64,000 nucleotides of DNA from positions 1-64,000 of the IMG/VR virus record IMGVR_UViG_3300020472_000016, one strand, 5' to 3'. The DNA is from a virus. How positions within the stretch are numbered: position 1 is the stretch's first letter; the number at the start of each line of letters is the position of its first letter. This document shows, piece by piece, positions 51,301-60,300 of this stretch. Position numbers and translations under genes: made by a program. The notes under the pieces were generated by a model. That model was given only the letters and a program-made list of their open reading frames with translations, was not told the origin of the DNA and did no database searches.

Positions 51301-54300
51301 CGATACATCAACAGGTATTGTAACGATCACTCAGAATGGTCATGGATTCACTGGTGAGACTACAGCAAGTACTTCTGATGCTGCTTACAATCCTAATACT
51401 GGTATAATGACCATTACATCCAATGGTCATGGATTTGCTGCTGGTGATAGCGTTAAGATTGCTGGAAATTCACTAACATTCACATGTGGTTTTGACGGTG
51501 ACCTCTCTAACCACACATATCCAAGGTCAACTGACCCTGCATACAATTCTTGGTTACCTGTACTTAACGTAACTACAAATACATTTGATGTTCAGGTACT
51601 AAAAGAGATTCCATCTACTAATGTTACCGTTCATACCTTCGTTTCTGCTACTGCTAGTAACATAACCAAGGCAAATGACTATGTAATGATCGATGAGAAT
51701 GCATTATCAATGAGTTGTGATACTGGATCTGGTGCTCAGACTAAGACTTATCCAAGACCACAGGATCCTGCATACAAAGCATGGTTACCAATATCAAATG
51801 TACAGTTAAACACCTTTGATATACAAGTATTATCAACAGTACCATCTACAAATACAAATGCTCATACATTTGTGTCATTTGCATCTAATGGACTGTCTAG
51901 ACAGACTGGTAATATTACAGTTAATGTCGGTGTAGCACCTGGCGAAGACGCTGCTGCTATTAGTGTTCTTAAACTTGCTACTGAGATGGCAATAATGACC
52001 ATGCGTAATGCATTTGGTCGTGAGAATCTCTATATCTTCGACCCAGAACCTGACCCTGACGGTGATACTACACCTGCAGGTGGTGATGAGTCTATTGATA
52101 ACGTTGATGTTGAGTCTTATGAGCGTAATGCTGTTAAGGATAGGTTCATTAACGCTGCTGATCTCATCGAAAGAAACATTCGTTTGATTGCTGAAGAGTC
52201 TATTGCTGCTGCTTTAGTACAATATCCTTCACTCAACATTCCTGGTGGTAACATCAACTGTGTTCATGACTTAACTGACTTCTTGGATTCTATGGTTTGG
52301 AACCTCCGTCATGGTGGTAACAACAAGGTCTTCCATGCTGCTGAATACTATGTCAATGAAGGTCTGACACATAACACTGAAGCAACTTGGATCACTAATT
52401 ACGCCAGAGATCTCGCCATCCAGGTGATGAGGAACGAATCTCTTGCACTTAACTATGGTAGAGACCCTGCATTTGATACTGCTGTACCTATTGTATCTGT
52501 TGCCTCTACTCAACACACTGCTACTGATGCTTCTTACGATGCTGGTACTGGTTTACTGACTTTAACAGTAGCTGGTCATGGTTTTGCAGAGGGTAATAGA
52601 GTCAATATTGCTGACAATTCATTGACATTTACCTGCTCAATGGACGGAAATTACAGTAATCACACCTATCCTAGACTCTCTGATCCTGTAAGTAACCAGT
52701 GGTTACCAATTATTTCTACATCTACTGACACATTCACAGTCAATGTTGGAGTATCAAGGATCAAGAAATTTACTCCCACAGCAATTAGTTACGAGCCGAA
52801 CACTGGTAACCTCATAATGACTGTGGGAGTTCACGACCTTGCGGTTGGAACTAACCTAAAAATCGAACCTAATTCACTCACATTTACTTGTGCAATGGAT
52901 AATGGTGCTACTAATCACACCTATCCAAGAATTACTGACCCAGTACATGACGAGCCAATTGAGATCGTAGGTGTAACTGAAACTACTGTTACTGTTAACG
53001 TTGGTACTACTGGCATCACAAACTTTGATATACATGATGCTGAGTTTAATCCTACTAGTGGTCAACTTGATATCAATATTGGTGCTCACACCTTTAGAGA
53101 AGGAGAGAGTGTTAAGTTAGGTACTAATGCATTAACCTTTACTTGTGCAATGGACAGTCATGCGACTGACCATGCATATCCTCGTGCTTCTGGTCCTGGT
53201 GGTCCTGATGCAGGATATAATACTTCCATATCAATCGATAAGATTGGTTTAGACACCTATGATATAACCAATGCTGGATATAATCCAACAACAGGTGTTA
53301 TGACAGTGACTATTCCTAGTCATGGATTTAAAGGAAGAACTACTCATACTCCAACTGGTGTAGAATACACACCTGCAACTGGTAAGATGATTATCAGTCT
53401 TGCTAATCATGGATTCCAGAATGATGACAGAGTTAAGATTGGTCAAAATGGTTTAGTATTCACATGTGGTATGGATGGACATACAACCAACCATGCTTAT
53501 CCTAGAAATTATAATTCTTCTGCTCCTGGTGGAGAAGACTATGCATATGACAAGTGGTTACACGTTACTAATGTAACTCAGAACACATTTGAGGTTAACG
53601 TTGGTGTATCTTCTAATCAGACTGAGCATACATTTGTCAATTCAGTAACTAACTGTTTGACTCATGCTGGTGATCACGTTAAGGTCTGCACTAAGGCTAT
53701 TGGATTTAAGTGTACTAAGGATGGTAACTCCACTACTCACTCATATCCAAGACAGTCCGACCCATCATATGATGAGTGGTTACCTGTTACTAACGCAGGC
53801 ACAGATACATTTGACATCTTTGTTGGATTCTCTGGTCCTAATGACAACTATACTCACACCTTTGCTGCTAATACTGATTTAACACCTACTAACGCTGCTT
53901 ACGATCCTAATAGTGGTAAGATGACTCTTACCGTTAACGATCACGGTATGCAGAATGGTGATACCATTTGGATCGAAGACGGTGCTGTAACCTTTAGATG
54001 TGGTGAAGATAGTCAGAGTTCAGACCACGCATATCCAAGAAATATTACTGATACATTTACTATCACTGGTGCAACATATGATGCTGCTGCTGGTGTTATG
54101 GAATGTACTGTTGCCAACCATGGATTTGGTAATGGTGCGATGGTTAAGTTTGCACCTGGGTCTATCAAGTTCACTTGCTCGATGGATAATTATGATACTA
54201 CTCATGCTTATCCAAGACATGACGATCCTATCGCTGACAAGTGGATTCCTGTATTTAATGTAGAGACAAATACTTTCCAAGTTCGTGTTGGACAATCAAT

Positions 54301-57300
54301 AGAGAAGCAATGGACTCCTAGTGCTGCTGCTTACTCACCAACAACAGGTGTTATGGATCTGACTATTGGTGCTCATAATTTCCGTGCTGGTGCATCATTA
54401 ACACCTTCTAACGCTGACTATAACCCAACATCAGGTATCATGAGATTGACCATTGCTGGTCATAACATTGCTGAAGGTGAGCATATTAAGATTGCTGATA
54501 ATGCACTGACATTCACATGTACATTAGATGGTGGTAGTGCACAGAAGACATATCCAAGACCTTCTACTATTAGTCACACAGCAACTACTGGTACTACACA
54601 TGATCCTTCTACAGGTATCTTACATATCAATACTACGTCTGCACATGACCTAACCAATGGAGATTGGGTTAAGTTTGCTGACAACTCCTTGACATTTACT
54701 TGTGGTTTAGATGGAGATCAAACCAACCATTCTTATCCTAGGGCAGATGACCCAATGAGCGGTAAGTGGGTACAGATTTCTAATGCTACTGCTAGTGGAT
54801 TTGATGTACAAGTTCTAAACTCAATACCTCAGTCTAATACTTCTACTCACGTATTCGTATCTGCTACATCTAATGGTATCCAAACTAGAGACCCCTTCAG
54901 TGGTCGTTGGATGGAAGTTAGAGAAGTTGGTACAGATTGGATTGATGTTAAAGTTCTAACTACTGCACCTTCTACTAATACTAATCCACACACCTTCATA
55001 AGTGCTGCTGCTAATTGTATCCAGACATCTGGTGACTCTGTAAGAATCTCTGCAAACTCTATTACCTTCACATGTAATAAGGACAGCAATGCTACTCAGC
55101 ACACATACCCAAGAGCAGCAATGAATGCTGCTGGTGGTGCTGACCCAGTATATAACGGTGCTGCTAAGATTGTTGCTGTTACTGATACTACTATCAGTGT
55201 ATGGGTTGGTACTTCTGCTAACACTACATCGCACTCCTTTGTTTCTGCTGCTGCTAATGCAGTTAGATCTGGTGGTACATATACACACAACTTTGCATCT
55301 GCTGATGCTAATGGTCTTTCACAACAACGTGACTGGGCACATAACAACTACATTCCAATTTCCGATGTAACTACTAACACATTTAGTGTACAGTTACTAC
55401 AGAAGATTCCTTCTACTAATACTACTACACACGTATTCCAGTCTGCTGCTTCTAATAGCATTCATAGAGGTGTTATACAGAAACAAAATGGATGGATCCA
55501 ACTTAATGTTGGTACTTCATCTAATACTTCATGGCATGGATTTAAGTTCGCTGATTCTGGTGCTCTGATAAGTGGTGGTTACTATGATCACTCATTTATA
55601 TCTGCATCTACAGGTGCTGTACATACAGGTGGTGACTATATTCACGACTTTGTATCTGCTGTCACTAATGGTATTACCAGACAGAATCCTTCAGGTATAG
55701 TAACACTTGATATTGGTGCTTCTGGACCTAATGATCAGTATACTCATACCTTCGTATCTGCTGCTAACGGCGCATTGATTACTGGTGGTAACTATGCTCA
55801 CAAGTTTGTATCTGCTACAGACCGTGCATTGGTAAGTGGTGGTAATTATGAGCACACATTTGTATCTGCTGCATCTAACTCAGTTAATGTAACTGGTGGA
55901 TCTCAGTTAACTCCAACTAATGCTGCTTATGATCCTCTAACTGGTCATCTAACATTGACCTTTGGTTCTGCTCATGGGTTGACTGCTAACATCAATACAG
56001 TCACAATTGATAACAACGCAATACAGTTCTCTTGTGAATTTGATGGTAATTCATCCACTCATGGATATCCAAGATCAACTGATCCTGCTTCGGGTACAAC
56101 TTTAACTATAATTTCTAACACAACAGATACTATTACTGTTAATATTGGATCCACTCCTGAGGTTAACTTTAACGTAACCGACGCTACCTATGATGCTGGT
56201 ACAGGTAACCTAACACTTGATATTGGGTCTAATAGTCTACAAGGTCCTACACTTGGTTTAACACCTACTGATGCCGCTTACAACCCCACTACAGGTATCA
56301 TTACACTTACTATCAACGGTCATGGATTCGCTAACGGTGAATACATTAAGATTGCTGATAATGGATTAACTTTCACTTGTACTCAAGGTGGTGGCAACCA
56401 CTCATATCCAAGAGTTACTGACCCTGCATCTGGTAAGTGGTTAACAATTTCTAATGTACAGACAAATACATTTGATGTACAGGTATTAGATACAGTTCCT
56501 TCCACCAACACAACAACTCATACACTGGTTAGCATTGCTAATGGTTGCGTTGATAAGGCAGGTGAATCTGTCATGGTTAGACCTAATTCTTTGACCTTCA
56601 CATGTCAACAGGATAACTACTCTACTAACCATACATATCCTCGTGCTAAGGATCCATCATTCGATAGACCTATTCCTATTGTTGGTAAGTCTGGTCAGAC
56701 TATTACTATCGATGTTGGTAACTCTGCCATCGTTACATATACTCCAACAAATGCAACATATGATGCTGCAACTGGATATCTAGCAGTAACAATTGGTGCA
56801 CACGGATTGTCAACAGGAACTACTGTTAAGTTGGCACCTAACTCCTTTACATTCACATGTACAAGAGACGGCAATACTGCTCAGAAGACATATCCTAGAG
56901 GTGGTCATACCTTCGCTCAGAAGTTCTATGCTGATCTTGACTTCTATCCTTACAATCAAGGTGAATATGTAATCACTGCTGATACTGCTAATCCTAAGTG
57001 TGCTGACGTAGCATCTGCTATTACATCCTTGATGGGTCTGTATACTGATGCTATTGCTACACCTGCAAGTCTAACTGACGGTACTATTAGTAAGACTCTA
57101 CCAAATATTTGGCCAGTTAAGTACGCTTCAGAAATGGTAATGCGTGATGTTAGTGTCACCTTCGATCAGAATGGTGCTACTACTGGTGATTGGAATACTA
57201 CTTGTGTTGGTGTTGCAGATAAGATCGAAGGATTGATGGATATTGTCATCAATACTATAGAACTTGCATCTGGTGGTGGTGGTAGTCACTTAGATGCTGT

Positions 57301-60300
57301 AGAACGTGAAGTTCCATGGAGATTTAACAACAACTATCAGTTCTATACATGCTATAACGTAACATCAGCAACTGACACACTCTTTGATGTATTGTTAAGT
57401 ACTCTTGGTGGTGGTTCTAAATCTGATAAGCATTGTGCACGTCACATACTCTTTAATTATCATGCTATTACTGCTAAGGCATTTGAGAGAACTCAAAATA
57501 ACCATCCAGATACTACAGCAGATATAACATTTGCTGAGAATATGGTAAAGGCTTTGATGTACGACCTGAATACAGGTGGTAACCAAGGTATGCTGAAGTT
57601 AGCTAACTCTTGGTTCGATGGTGAAGGTAACTTCATAGCATTCGGGAATATCGTTAGACAGCACTTACTCTTCTATGTTACACGTATACGTGAGTATGTT
57701 AAACGTGGTTTATATGACTACAACAATGATACACAGTGGGCAGGATATGATCTATATCTAGAACCATCCAATACTGCTGCTATTAATAATAGATTTGAGT
57801 ATGAGAAGGAATCTACAGAATTTACAATTGATAGTTCTATCAACCTTGCATTCCATGCACTGAATAGATCTCAAGCACCTTCCACTAATAAGATTGATTA
57901 TATCAATAGTGATAATATCACTAACATGACTAATGTATATGATGAAGGTGAAGATTATAATACTGATCCAGAATTGATCCTATTGACTCCAACTATTGAG
58001 GTTGGATTTGAGAGAAGAGAGAACACTGTAACAGTACATAAACCTAACTTCTTCTCACGTGGTGATGTCCTTGCATACGTTCCTGCTTCTCAGGATTTGG
58101 ATCCTAATTTACAGGATCAGGAATACTATTATGTCCTTAATGCTGAGGCAGATTACTTCGAAGTTACTCGTGAGAAGCGTCATGATGCAAGATATAGACA
58201 GTTTGCATTCGATCAATCTTTAAAAGGTCAGCAAAGATTGCAGACAGTTGTACGTACTGGTATCAATATGCCAGCAATGGTTTCACCTGTAAGGGATAAC
58301 GCTCAACCAATTAGTGCTGGATTTAACACTGCTGATTATCTAGTTGGATCTACTTCTAATGCTTCTTCTGAGGTTGTTCGTACAATGAACAATGAAGCAG
58401 ATATCATTAAACTCTATAAGAAGTTTAATATAGACGCAGCAACTGGTAGGTTTACTAATGGTGAGACCATACAAGTACAGGGTGCAACAGCTAATAACGG
58501 TATTGTTGTTCAGACTTCTGCGTTAACAGGTGATCAGAGCAATGAAGGGTGGATATATGTTGAGGATATGAATGGAACATTCTCTGATAATGATGTATTA
58601 GAGGGTGTAACTAGTGGAATCACTAATGCTGTTAATGGTACTAGTGTTGAGCGTATGCTAATTAACACCTCTAGAGGTGCATTTAAGCAAGATGAGAAGA
58701 TCTTTAACAAAGGTAATAGTGCTGAGGCAGACATCGTTAAGTATGAAAACTCTGCTGGTGCTCTTGTAGGTAACAGTGGTGGACGTATTACTATCGATAT
58801 CGAAACTATCCAAGATGACTTTACTGATGGTGACGTTATCTATGGTTCTATAACTGATAAGATCCTTGATATAGCATATATCACTGCTACTGGATTCGAA
58901 GAACTAACTCTTAACCAGTACGTACATGCAGAATCTCAGGTAGAATGTGATGTAAATAACATCATTCGTGATGGTGGATATGCAGGAAACTTTACTGCTG
59001 GTGATGTAGTTTATCTCCTCGCAGGTACTACCATTAAGCAACCAGGATTCACTGCTGTTGTCACTAAGTATCAAGCATTTGATGATAGTGTTACTCCTAA
59101 CATCCCACATAAGATTTGGATTGCAAACCTCAGACCATATGGAACTAACTCTCAAGGTGAGGTAGTTACACCTGATCCTCAGGAGTTAGCCTCTGGTGGT
59201 ACTGCAATTGGTAAGTTTGAGAACCTCAATAACTTCCCAATTATCCTCGCTGAGATGAGTAGTGTAACAGTCACTAACTACAATTCTTACGGTAGGGTTT
59301 CTGGTAAGGATATTACTGGTGACACAGGTAGGATTTGGTTGGAAGATGTTGTAGGAGATTTCCCAAGCAATATCACAATTAAGTCTGATGCTGGTTGGTA
59401 CGCTGGTGTTACTCAATCTAAGGGTCTAGTTGGACGTTGTAACAGATTCTTTAGAGGATTTGATGGTACACAAACATCCTTTAAACTTACTACAAATAAC
59501 GGAGAAGCATACTTCCCAGATCCTGCTGGACACCTATTGGTATTCACTAATGGTGTTCTACAACCTCCAGGTGGTACACAAGCATACACAGCATTCTCTG
59601 ATCAGATTCAGTTCACTGAACCTCCAACAATCGGTTCTGAGTTCATCGGATACTACGTTGGTAAACTTAGACAGTTGGATGATATCAGCTTTGAGTTTGA
59701 CTCGTTACGTTCATCCTTTAACCTCAGGTACGCTGGTGGATTCTACTCCTTGACACTGACTGAAGGTGTTTCTTCTAGCACTATACTTCCAGAAAACAAC
59801 ATTGTTGTTTCTCTGAATGGTGTTATTCAGGAACCTGGAGTTGGTTATGAACTGGTTGGTTCACGTATCATCTTCGCTGAAGTTCCTCGTGCGGGATCAA
59901 CATTCGTTGCATTCTCCTATATTGGTTCTGACGCAGACGTTATTGCTGCTACAGTCGTACCTCCAATTGAGGCAGGAGACTTATTACAAATTGATGGAGA
60001 AGGAGAGAATCGTGAAGTTGCTCTAATTGAGTCTTCTAACTCTTTGATTACCTTCGAGTACACAGGAACTGTTAAGGGTCGTGGTGCTGCAGCACTTGCT
60101 CAGATAACCTCTGGTGAAATGACAACAGCAATTATCACCTCTCCTGGTGATGGTTACTCTTCACGTCCAAACGTTGATGTTATATCATCTTCTGGATTTG
60201 ATGGTCGTGTTCGTGCTCTAATGGGTCTCTTGAGGATTGATGTTAAGACTGCTGGTGTTGGTTACGCTCAACCACAAGTTGCAATCCACAACGTTGTTGA

